Positions 20,459 through 29,540 of a DNA stretch of 64,000 nt are shown one piece after another. The position numbers and the translations under genes are program-made. The stretch lies in the NCBI GenBank assembly GCA_965233585.1, contig CBDDTI010000745.1, positions 1 to 64,000 of the forward strand, written 5' to 3'. This DNA comes from a bacterium (GTDB lineage: Bacteria > SAR324 > NAC60-12). Below the pieces are notes generated by a model. That model did no database searches. It saw only the letters and a list, made by a program, of their open reading frames with translations, and was not told where the DNA came from. Positions within the stretch are counted from its first letter, which is position 1. Every line of letters begins with the position of its first letter.

Positions 20459-21529
20459 TTAACCCAATTCTTCTAAAACACGATCGCCCATTTCTACACA
20501 GCCAACTAATTGCTTGCCTTCTGCCATCAAATCAGGGGTTCGGTAGGTTTCCAGAGTCTTGACCACAGCTTTTTGGATTGCCATGTCTGCTTCTATCAAG
20601 TCAAATGAATAGCGGAACATCATACCCACAGAAAGAATGGTTGCTAATGGATTGGCTTGGTCTGTGCCTGCAATGTCAGGGGCAGAGCCGTGAACGGGTT
20701 CATATAAACCTGACTTTATACCTAAACTTGCAGAAGGAAGCATGCCAATAGATCCTGTCAGCATGGCAGCACCATCGCTTAAAATGTCCCCAAACATATT
20801 AGTTGTGACAATCGTGTCAAACTGAGTTGGTTTGCGAATCAACTGCATCGTGGCATTATCCACGTAAAGATGGTTCAAATCCACTTGAGGAAAATTTTTT
20901 GACTCATCAATCACAATTTCTCTCCAAAACTCTGTGGATTCTAAAACATTTGCTTTGTCAACGGAGGTGAGTTTTTTAGAACGTTTCATGGCAATTTGGA
21001 ATCCGATTTTGGCAATCCGTCTAATTTCTGATTCTGAATACTTCAAAGTATTGACCCCAAAGCGTTCGCCATTTTCTGTAAAAATTCCTCTGGGCTGACC
21101 AAAATAAAGCCCTCCTGTCAGTTCTCTGATGACCATAATATCCGTACCACGCACAACATCGTCTTTTAATGTTGAAGAATGGACAAGGTCTCCATAGATT
21201 TTAGCAGGACGCAAATTTGCATAAAGGTCTAATTCTGAACGCAGTTGAAGTAGTGCCGTTTCAGGACGTAAAGAAATGTCCAGTGCCTCCCACTTGGGTC
21301 CTCCCACTGCACCAAACAACACTGCATCAGATTTTAAACACAGCTCAAGACTTTCTTGGGGAAGAGGAGTTTTGTGCCGGTCATAGGCAACACCTCCGAT
21401 AGCCACTTCGTCAAAGTCCACTTCAAGAGTCCACTTCTGGGCAACTTCTTTCATCACCCGTAACGCTTGAGTCGTCACTTCTGGACCAACTCCATCTCCT
21501 AATGCAACAGCAATTTTCTTTTTCATCAC
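20459..21529 (-). CDS. leuB: 3-isopropylmalate dehydrogenase
   Basis: GDGVGPEV, GAVGGPKW, RELTGGLYFG, NMFGDILSD, EPVHGSAPDIAG. Confidence 0.97.
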   Translation of the reverse strand: MMKKKIAVALGDGVGPEVTTQALRVMKEVAQKWTLEVDFDEVAIGGVAYDRHKTPLPQESLELCLKSDAVLFGAVGGPKWEALDISLRPETALLQLRSELDLYANLRPAKIYGDLVHSSTLKDDVVRGTDIMVIRELTGGLYFGQPRGIFTENGERFGVNTLKYSESEIRRIAKIGFQIAMKRSKKLTSVDKANVLESTEFWREIVIDESKNFPQVDLNHLYVDNATMQLIRKPTQFDTIVTTNMFGDILSDGAAMLTGSIGMLPSASLGIKSGLYEPVHGSAPDIAGTDQANPLATILSVGMMFRYSFDLIEADMAIQKAVVKTLETYRTPDLMAEGKQLVGCVEMGDRVLEELG

Positions 21530-21607
21530 TTCATTTTTGTAACTTCATTAAATTTAAAACGGTTTGAGTCTGCCCGACCTTTCCCAAGTGGCGTCAAGCG
21601 AGTGACT

Positions 21608-23854
21608 CTATTTTGAACGCATTTGATAAACTCCGTCCCAAGTTGTTGGGGGAGTTTCAAGATACTCTTTGCATCTACTGATAAAAACCCTTGAAGGTTG
21701 GTCATCAGGAATAATGGTCAAGCATTTTTGGAATAACCTCAAAGCATTGCCCCAACGTTCATTGCGGTATTCTTCAAGACCTTTCAGGTAGCATTGACGC
21801 AAGGCTTGCATTCTTTTGGGAAGAGACTTTGCACGCCCCAGCAACTCATAAATGACAACAGGTTTTTCCCTCCCTATCACTGTAATCCAGTCTAGCTCAC
21901 GAACTTCTATGCTGTCTTGACACATCTGATAAGTGTCTTCGCTGATAATGATTTGTGACCCATAAATTTTATTCACACCCTCCAGCCTTGATGCAAGGTT
22001 GACAGGGTCTCCCATCACTGTGTAGTCAAAACGAGTGGTTGACCCCAAATTTCCAACAATCACAAGACCTGTATTGAGACCAAACCTGACATGAAGTTCT
22101 GGACGATTGTTAGCACGAAAGGTTTTATTGCACTTTTTCAAGTGTTCTTGCATCTCAAGCGTTGCATAGCAAGCCAGTTTTGCATGATTTTCCAAAGGAA
22201 TAGGCGCCCCCCAAAATGCCATGATGGCATCACCTTCAAATTTATCAATAGTACCGTCCCATTTAGGAATGAAATCCCCTACTTCTGTTAAAAAAACATT
22301 GATGATTTCTACAATCTCGTTTGGTGAGTATTTTTCTGAGATAGAAGAAAACCCTGCAAGGTCGCAGAAAAAGACTGTCACATGTTCAGACTTGCCTCCT
22401 AACTCCAAAAGGTCAGGATTTCTTTCAATCATTTCTACAACTTTGGGCGAAAGGTAATGTTGAAAGGCATTTCTGATGTATCGTTTATCCTTCTCTTGAT
22501 AATACATTTGATACACGACAGTAACCAGAGTATTGAACAAGGTAATGGCAATCACATAGCTGATTGATGCCATCGTATTCCATTCAAAAAACGAATAAAC
22601 ATTGACGAGAATGTAAGTTTGCAAAAACAGGGTGGTGGCTAAAATCCCCAACACACTTCGCTTCAGTGCGATTGTACTGACCAAACCCCCAAACAAAATG
22701 GCTAAGACAGAAACAAGTTGATTCCCCCCCCCATAGGTTAGGTAATTCCCATCTAAAAAGTTTTTAAAGGCAGTGGCATGAATCTCAACCCCGGGATAAA
22801 CATTGTCTGTTGGTACTGCACGAATATCCTTACTGCCCATATCGGTAATTCCAAAAAACAATGCCAGACCCTTTAACTGTTGTTTGGGAATGTTCTTTTT
22901 CAGAACATCGTATGCTGAATAGTGAGGGAAAAACTTTTGCCTGCCATAAAACCTTAACCAAATCTCTCCAGTTGGCAGAACAGGGAAGGTATAGTCTCCA
23001 ACTGAAATTTTCACTAAATCTCCCAGAGAAAAATAAGTAAAAACAGACTCAACTTCATTGGGTTTAGAAATATATTGACGGAAGGTTTGCAATGCTAAGG
23101 AGGGATACATCTTGCCCCCATAAGGCATGACGAGAGGCACATGGCGAATGTTCCCGTCAAGCGCATCAGGATAAACTGAGAAAAAACCAGAAAGTTGTTG
23201 TTGGTTAATAAGTCTTGTCAAATTATGCTGGATAGAGGGTTGAGGAGATAAATTGACAGACTTGATTTCAGAGTCAAAAATGAGATTGGTTGCAGAGAGG
23301 TTGTTAAATTCTTTGGGAATGTATGTTGTGGGTTGACTCTGTTCGTCAAAGAAATAACCTAAAACGATACGATTTGATTTCTTAACGATACGTTCTAATT
23401 TTGCGTCCCCATCAATGAGTCTTTGAGAGTTTTTCTGAAGTTGGACAAGCTCGTTTTCAAGAGTTGGATATTTTTGGTTGATTTGTTTGCTGAAGTGGGA
23501 AAGGGCTTTGAATCCTTGTTGAAAAGTCTGGTCTGGTTCTGAAAACAAGATGTCCAGACCAACTGCTTTGACTTCATAATACTCTGTTAAATTCTCCAAA
23601 ATCTGTGCAATCGTTCCACGGTTCCAGGGCCAGCGTCCAAGTTTTGCGATGGACGTGGAATCTATGGCAACAATCCCAACAGAATCAGGACTGGAGGGGG
23701 CAGGCTGAAGCCTGAGCAACATGTCAGCGGCTTTGCTGTCAAGCCAACTCAGGACGTTGTGATACCCCGACCATTGAGAAAAGATATACAGACTGAGACA
23801 AACACCCACAGTACAAACCTGAAAGACAATGAGTGTGATGTTTTTTGTCGTCAA
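21608..23854 (-). CDS. CHASE2-domain class III adenylate cyclase
   Basis: LGRWPWNR, YPGVEIHA, 3 TM, FCDLAGFS, DKFEGDA, YTVMGDPVNLASRLEG. Confidence 0.92.
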   Translation of the reverse strand: MTTKNITLIVFQVCTVGVCLSLYIFSQWSGYHNVLSWLDSKAADMLLRLQPAPSSPDSVGIVAIDSTSIAKLGRWPWNRGTIAQILENLTEYYEVKAVGLDILFSEPDQTFQQGFKALSHFSKQINQKYPTLENELVQLQKNSQRLIDGDAKLERIVKKSNRIVLGYFFDEQSQPTTYIPKEFNNLSATNLIFDSEIKSVNLSPQPSIQHNLTRLINQQQLSGFFSVYPDALDGNIRHVPLVMPYGGKMYPSLALQTFRQYISKPNEVESVFTYFSLGDLVKISVGDYTFPVLPTGEIWLRFYGRQKFFPHYSAYDVLKKNIPKQQLKGLALFFGITDMGSKDIRAVPTDNVYPGVEIHATAFKNFLDGNYLTYGGGNQLVSVLAILFGGLVSTIALKRSVLGILATTLFLQTYILVNVYSFFEWNTMASISYVIAITLFNTLVTVVYQMYYQEKDKRYIRNAFQHYLSPKVVEMIERNPDLLELGGKSEHVTVFFCDLAGFSSISEKYSPNEIVEIINVFLTEVGDFIPKWDGTIDKFEGDAIMAFWGAPIPLENHAKLACYATLEMQEHLKKCNKTFRANNRPELHVRFGLNTGLVIVGNLGSTTRFDYTVMGDPVNLASRLEGVNKIYGSQIIISEDTYQMCQDSIEVRELDWITVIGREKPVVIYELLGRAKSLPKRMQALRQCYLKGLEEYRNERWGNALRLFQKCLTIIPDDQPSRVFISRCKEYLETPPTTWDGVYQMRSK

Positions 23855-23870
23855 TTTCTGATGTGCGATT

Positions 23871-24806
23871 CTAAAGTTGGAGCTTCAAACTTGAATCTTT
23901 TTTTGCAGGAACAGGGTCAGGAACTTTGGGAGTTTCTGGGATTTTTGGAGCTTCAGGAACTTTAGAAGTTTCCACTTCTGGAATCTCTGCAACTTGAGTT
24001 TGGGGAGAAGTATTAGCCCCCCCAGAGTTGGTTTGTCCTTGGGAATTGCCTTCCTGTTGTGAATTTTCATTGCCGTCTTGTTGTTGGTTTTCTTGATTGC
24101 CAGAACTTCCTTGATTTTGAGAAGTGGCTTGAACATCAGCAACAGGAGAGTCTTGATAAATTTTTTCTATATTCACAGGTTTGTCATCACTCAGGGACTG
24201 GCTGACACTTTTGACAGTGTCTTCTTCCAAATCTACCGAAGGAAGAGGCTTTTGACCCTGTGTTGCAAGAGACAGCTGATTGGCTTTCACTGAAACTGCA
24301 ACGTTAGGGAACTGTGGACTCTTCAATTCTACTTCTCCTTCCAAACATAACACAGAAGTTTTTTGGTCTGATGTATTGACCCAAAACTCTGTTCCTTTGA
24401 CGCCAATGATGCTTCCCCTAGTGCGGACTTGAAACCTTTGCCTGTCTGAGGACAATGCTTTTTTGACCAAAAATTTAGCCTTCCCAAGCCATAAATCTAC
24501 AATGGACTTTTCTTTTTTCACCTCACGTACAACAAACAAGGAGTTAGAGTACAACAACACACGGTCTCCTGTCTCCAAAAAGTTCAAACCGACTGTCGCA
24601 GTTGGTCCTATCCGTAATTTATCTCCAAGAGCTAACCTAATCCCCGCCTTAGGAATTTGATTCCATTTGTAAAGATAAGTTTTTCCTGCCCTTGAAATTT
24701 GCACACTACCTTTGGGATAGACAAATTTCATTTGTACTGTTCCAAATGCTAACATCGGGAAAATGACCATCATCCCGACAACGACCGCTTGTTTTAAAGA
24801 TTTCAT
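23871..24806 (-). CDS. periplasmic FecR-domain protein
   Basis: Signal peptide; FQVRT...IGVKGTEF; CLEGEV; Q/N- and P-rich tail. Confidence 0.85.
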   Translation of the reverse strand: MKSLKQAVVVGMMVIFPMLAFGTVQMKFVYPKGSVQISRAGKTYLYKWNQIPKAGIRLALGDKLRIGPTATVGLNFLETGDRVLLYSNSLFVVREVKKEKSIVDLWLGKAKFLVKKALSSDRQRFQVRTRGSIIGVKGTEFWVNTSDQKTSVLCLEGEVELKSPQFPNVAVSVKANQLSLATQGQKPLPSVDLEEDTVKSVSQSLSDDKPVNIEKIYQDSPVADVQATSQNQGSSGNQENQQQDGNENSQQEGNSQGQTNSGGANTSPQTQVAEIPEVETSKVPEAPKIPETPKVPDPVPAKKDSSLKLQL

Positions 24807-24859
24807 AAATGCTCCTTATAGGTTAATTCAAGCCGATTGATTCAAAACCCTTGAATGAT

Positions 24860-26380
24860 TTAAAAACGATAAATAACATCAAAACGAAGTAAAGTGGATT
24901 CAGATTCCTTTCTTTCACCTGATAAAGTCAAGTTAGTCCCTTTAGATGTTTGTGATGCCCCAACAAGAAAAATGAAATTATCGCTAAACAAGTAGGTATT
25001 TGCAAGTTCTAAAGTTAATGAATCATCTTTAACAGGGTCTTCTAAAACGTTTTTTTTCTCAAGATAGTTACTTTCAAGGTAGCTGAGCGAGGCTTGAGCG
25101 TAGTTTTGGAAGGGGAGTGGAAAGTCAAGCGATGCTTTGAGTGTGGCAGTGTTTTGCTTCTCCAGCTTCCCTTTGGCATTTTTAGAAGTGTAGCTTGACT
25201 GAAGAGTTGTTCTGAAATTGGTCTTGGTGGGTGGGAAAGCCCATTGCAAAGAGACAGTGCTTTTGTCTCCTGCACGGTCGTTTTTTTCAGAGACTTCTTC
25301 TTCACTTTCAAAGCCTTGTTGTGCGTATCTTGTCTGTACCTTCCATTGATGCTTTAGCACTGTTCCTTTGACAGAGTTTGCAACAAAGGTCTCAGAATTT
25401 GTTTGCTTCTCCTGAGACTTGCCTTGTTCAACAGATAAGTATCCAAAGTCTAAATCCCATGAAAGAGACCCTGTCTTCATTTTTTGGAAAGAATATTGAA
25501 ATTGGTAGTATATGAAGTCATAGGGTTGAGCTTCTTCTTTGGAAAACTGACGTTGTAGTGCAAGCAAGCTGACTTCTTGTTGTAACCATAAATCCCAACG
25601 AAAATCCATTTTCAGTAATGCTTTGCTAGCCGCTGCCATTTGGGGTTCTTCAGAGTTCAGGTCTTCTGTCTTGTCTTTCAAAGCACCATTGATGTTAGAA
25701 TGCTGTTCTGCCCCAACTCCCAACAAAATATCCCAATTCTTTGGCTTCTTGTTTTCATCTTCTTTTTGGTCAGCTGATGCTTTCTTCCTCCTGAACAGAA
25801 AATCAAAATCTTGCATGTAACGTTCTGTCTCAACTGTGACCTTATAAACTTTTGCCTCCTCTTGCTTTAAAACTATTCTGTAATTAAAACTTGTCCACGT
25901 TACAGATTCAGCTAAAGGAATGGGGTCGTTGTTGACTGAAATTTTTTGAATGGCTTCAAAGCTAACGGCTTCAAAAGCGACTTTGACTACGTTTTGATCT
26001 ACTATGGGTTGGTCTCCAAACTGGGGGGTGATGACAAGAATGTCTCCTTTGGGGGCTTCAGGCTTCCTCTGGGAAACTTCCATCAATGTACTGTTGAGCT
26101 TATTTTTGAATGTGCTAGAACGTCTCTTTTTTCTGATAGCAGCTGCTTTCCGTTCCACAAACCTTCCCCGATTTGTAATCTGTTTTTGCCTCCTTTGTGC
26201 TGCACTGGAAGAGTTTTGTGCAAACAACATGGGTTGTTCAAAGTAACCTTGAGCCAAGCGAGATATGTCGTTGCCAAAAGACGCAAAGGGACTCACCGCA
26301 CACAAAAAAATGAGAAGATTTTTAAAACTGAAGACTTTTACAATCATACAACGACAATACAGGTCAAATTGAACCACCAA
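24860..26380 (-). CDS. probable outer-membrane beta-barrel protein
   Basis: Signal-like N-terminus, amphipathic strands, ends VIYRF. Confidence 0.6.
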   Translation of the reverse strand: MVVQFDLYCRCMIVKVFSFKNLLIFLCAVSPFASFGNDISRLAQGYFEQPMLFAQNSSSAAQRRQKQITNRGRFVERKAAAIRKKRRSSTFKNKLNSTLMEVSQRKPEAPKGDILVITPQFGDQPIVDQNVVKVAFEAVSFEAIQKISVNNDPIPLAESVTWTSFNYRIVLKQEEAKVYKVTVETERYMQDFDFLFRRKKASADQKEDENKKPKNWDILLGVGAEQHSNINGALKDKTEDLNSEEPQMAAASKALLKMDFRWDLWLQQEVSLLALQRQFSKEEAQPYDFIYYQFQYSFQKMKTGSLSWDLDFGYLSVEQGKSQEKQTNSETFVANSVKGTVLKHQWKVQTRYAQQGFESEEEVSEKNDRAGDKSTVSLQWAFPPTKTNFRTTLQSSYTSKNAKGKLEKQNTATLKASLDFPLPFQNYAQASLSYLESNYLEKKNVLEDPVKDDSLTLELANTYLFSDNFIFLVGASQTSKGTNLTLSGERKESESTLLRFDVIYRF

Positions 26381-26582
26381 ATATTATAGCAAATCACCTA
26401 CCAAAAAGCCATTTTAGAACCTAAAAGATTTCCTTTTTTTCAAAACTTTAAAAAACTTTAAAAAATATTGCGTTTTCATTGACGCCTGATATAATAATTA
26501 TCTTTGAAATAAAAAACACAATTCTAGTCATTGTGTTTGGGAGTGTTTTTTAAATCAGACCTTAACCTTAAGGAGAATTTTC

Positions 26583-28448
26583 ATGCGAAGATTAGGTAAA
26601 AATTTAGCAAATGTCATTGTAGATGATTTTTTCAAAAAGTCAAAAATTGCTTCTTCAGGATTTTCAAGAAAAAGTCTTGGTTACTTCTTTAAAATTCGTT
26701 TCTTTAAAATTCGTTTGATGCGTTGGCTTTTTGTCCCTTTGGTTTTTCTTGTTCTTTCTGCCTGTGGAAATGATGGCAAGACCGATGAAGATGCTCAAAA
26801 TGCTGTGCAAGATGAATCCAATGACCAAAAACCGAATGCAGGACAAAAGTTTGCAAGCATCAAAGACTTTAAGTTTTTAGACCTGACTGACGCGTCAAGT
26901 CTGGGTATTGCAGACAAAGGCGTTCAGTTACCGATTGCACGGAGTTTGTCAAAGAACAAAGTTGCAAGTCTTGAACATGGCAACTTTCCAGCAGATTCTT
27001 TGAACGTTGCAGAAAGTGTGACGCCAGATTCAAAGACTGTCAGCCAAGAAAAACGTATTTACAAAGTGGACATTTTAGGCAACAAGTTCTTTCTAAATTA
27101 CCAAGCTGAAGACCTTGACGCAGTCCTTAACCTTCCTTACGAGCCAGTAGATTTACAACCGCTTGACGACACATGGACTGCCATTCGTTTTAAGCCGACC
27201 AACCTTCAGGACTGGGAAGAAAGCGATTACAGGGAATGGGACTACATCAGAAGAGAAAAAGATGAAGTAGTGTTTGTAAACAAAACTGATGGGTCTGTTT
27301 ATTTATTGGAAAAAGTCACAGAGGACGTTCCCCAGCTTCTTTCTAATTTAGAAAAAGCAACACAGCGAGTTTCTCAGATTCTTTGGAATTTTAAACAAGG
27401 GGCGGAACACAGCTTTTATGCTGTCAATGATTTAATGCCTAAAAGGTCAATGTTCCGTCTGGACTTCTCAAAAGAAACACCAACACTTGAAAACATTCTA
27501 CCAAAATCACACAAAGTGTTTTCCTACGGAAAGCACTTTTACACCATTTACACCAAAAACGATGCTGTCATTTATCCAAATACGAGTGACGGAAAGCTCT
27601 ACATCAAATTTGTAAAAGAAAATGCTTTGAGGTCAATCTCTTCAAAAGCTTCTGCAGCTGATTCGGGACGCTTTAACACAGACCCCAAATATGGGTGTGG
27701 TCTTGTTGATTTATTACGTTTGGCTGAATTTACTGCAACTTCCCCTGATGGACACTTGCTTTGCGCACGAGTTCATTCTGCTAATTTAAGCTATCGGGAT
27801 TCAGAGGGTAGAAAACTCAAATTTGCTCACACCTTGTCTGTGGTGAAGCTGACCCTTGATGCCTCCGCACGTGATGGCATTGCCTCCACTGAAACCGTCG
27901 TTGACTTTAATCTCAACCAGCTCAACCCAGATGATTACCTAGGAGTACTTGATGAGCATAACCGATTTATTCAACTGGAACGTATGTTGTTTCGCACCGT
28001 TTATAATGCTACTCGTTCCAAACATCTGACGTTGCTCAAAGTGTATCCCAAAGGAGACACCAATGTTTATGAGTTCAAAGACATTTCAGGAGATTGGACA
28101 AAGATGGACCCAAGAAGCTGGCAAAAAGACGGGGGGTCTTATCGTCAATTTGACAATGAACTGTACATCTTCACCAAAAGAGCAGATGGTTCAGGTTATG
28201 GCATGTGGAAGCTAGACTTGAACGATTTGTCTGCTGGAGCAGAAGAGATTTTTGGTAACCCCAAGTTTGAAACTTTCACCAGTTTCAAAAGAACATGGTT
28301 CACTGATGACAAAAAATTTTTAGTAGAGGGGGTTGACAGCAACGGCAGGAGCTTCACAGGACGCATAGATTTAAAACCCATCAAACCCGCCATGCAACAC
28401 ATCTCTGAATTTCAAAATGAAGTCATTCGCTTAATCAAACTCAATTAA
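26583..28448 (+). CDS. surface lipoprotein, paralog 2
   Basis: AAGGAG SD; lipobox LSAC (Cys61); paralogous to 10612..12381. Confidence 0.8.
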   Translation: MRRLGKNLANVIVDDFFKKSKIASSGFSRKSLGYFFKIRFFKIRLMRWLFVPLVFLVLSACGNDGKTDEDAQNAVQDESNDQKPNAGQKFASIKDFKFLDLTDASSLGIADKGVQLPIARSLSKNKVASLEHGNFPADSLNVAESVTPDSKTVSQEKRIYKVDILGNKFFLNYQAEDLDAVLNLPYEPVDLQPLDDTWTAIRFKPTNLQDWEESDYREWDYIRREKDEVVFVNKTDGSVYLLEKVTEDVPQLLSNLEKATQRVSQILWNFKQGAEHSFYAVNDLMPKRSMFRLDFSKETPTLENILPKSHKVFSYGKHFYTIYTKNDAVIYPNTSDGKLYIKFVKENALRSISSKASAADSGRFNTDPKYGCGLVDLLRLAEFTATSPDGHLLCARVHSANLSYRDSEGRKLKFAHTLSVVKLTLDASARDGIASTETVVDFNLNQLNPDDYLGVLDEHNRFIQLERMLFRTVYNATRSKHLTLLKVYPKGDTNVYEFKDISGDWTKMDPRSWQKDGGSYRQFDNELYIFTKRADGSGYGMWKLDLNDLSAGAEEIFGNPKFETFTSFKRTWFTDDKKFLVEGVDSNGRSFTGRIDLKPIKPAMQHISEFQNEVIRLIKLN

Positions 28449-28690
28449 TTTGAGTCAAAGACTCGGCTTAAAATAATCTAGCTTGAGCTTAAAATAATCT
28501 GGCTCAAAAATTTTTTTCAATTTGTTTTCTCCTTAAAACTTCCCCTTGCTTGCTTTTAAACAAGTGGGGGGTTGTTCTCTCTAACATTCTTCAATTTGGT
28601 GAAAAACTAGACTCTTGTCTTTCTTTTTGATGCCTCACCTACTTTCTAGCACTATGTTTAGTTGTGTTTAGAAGTCTTTTTGAACCTGAT

Positions 28691-28718
28691 TTGATTTTGT
28701 AAAATTTACAACTATAAT
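28691..28718 (+). promoter_or_regulatory. sigma70-like promoter with palindromic operator (former TA promoter)
   Basis: TTGATT-16-TATAAT; spacer holds the perfect palindrome TTGTAAA-A-TTTACAA. Confidence 0.6.
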
Positions 28719-28741
28719 GGCTTTGTTGAATAACTTTATTT

Positions 28742-29501
28742 GGTATTGTTAAACTATAAGTGATATGCGATATTAAGTTCATTTAATTGAATTGATAGTC
28801 ATGGTGTAGCAATGAAGTTGTGTCCTAGATGTGAAAGTGAGAAGACGGTTAAGAATGGTTTCTTATATGGTAAACCGAGGAGGCGTTGCAATGCCTGCAA
28901 CTATCAATATACCAAGTCCTATCGTGGTCAAATCTCACCACAGATCAAAAGAAGAGCATTAGAGTTGTATTTGGAGGGTCTTGGTTTCAGGTCAATCGGT
29001 CGTTTGCTGAATTGTTCTCATGTTTCAGTTTATAATTGGGTCTGTAGTTTTGGCGAACAGCTCAAGGCATTAAGAAAGGACACAGACATTGAAATTATGG
29101 AAATTGATGAAATGCACACCTACATCCAGTCAAAAAAAACTACTGCTGGCTCTGGATTGCTGTTGATAGATGTGGGAAGCAATTTATCAATTGTGTGCTT
29201 GGAAACAGAGACTCAAAAGCCTGTAGGCATTTATGGGACAAGGTCAAGGAAACAAAACCTCTTCAGGTGATGACTGATCACTGGAAGGCTTACAAACAAG
29301 TCATTCCCAAAGAAATTCATACATGTTCCAAGGCAGAAACATACACGGTAGAAGAGTATAATTCTCTCTTGAGACATTTCTTGGCAAGAATGAGAAGGAA
29401 AACCAAATGTTACAGCAAGTCTCTTAAAGCATTACAATATTCTGTTCTTTTGTTCATGGCAAAACGGAATAATCAGCTATCACTTATTACTTAACAATGC
29501 C
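28742..29501 (+). mobile_element. IS1-family element, copy 2 (insA 28812-29270; fused insAB to 29494)
   Basis: Same TIRs and ORFs as copy 1 in inverted orientation; A8C at 29132-29140. Confidence 0.95.
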
Positions 29502-29540
29502 GTTTTTAGAACTACTTTTGAGCATGAGCAATGTCTTTTT

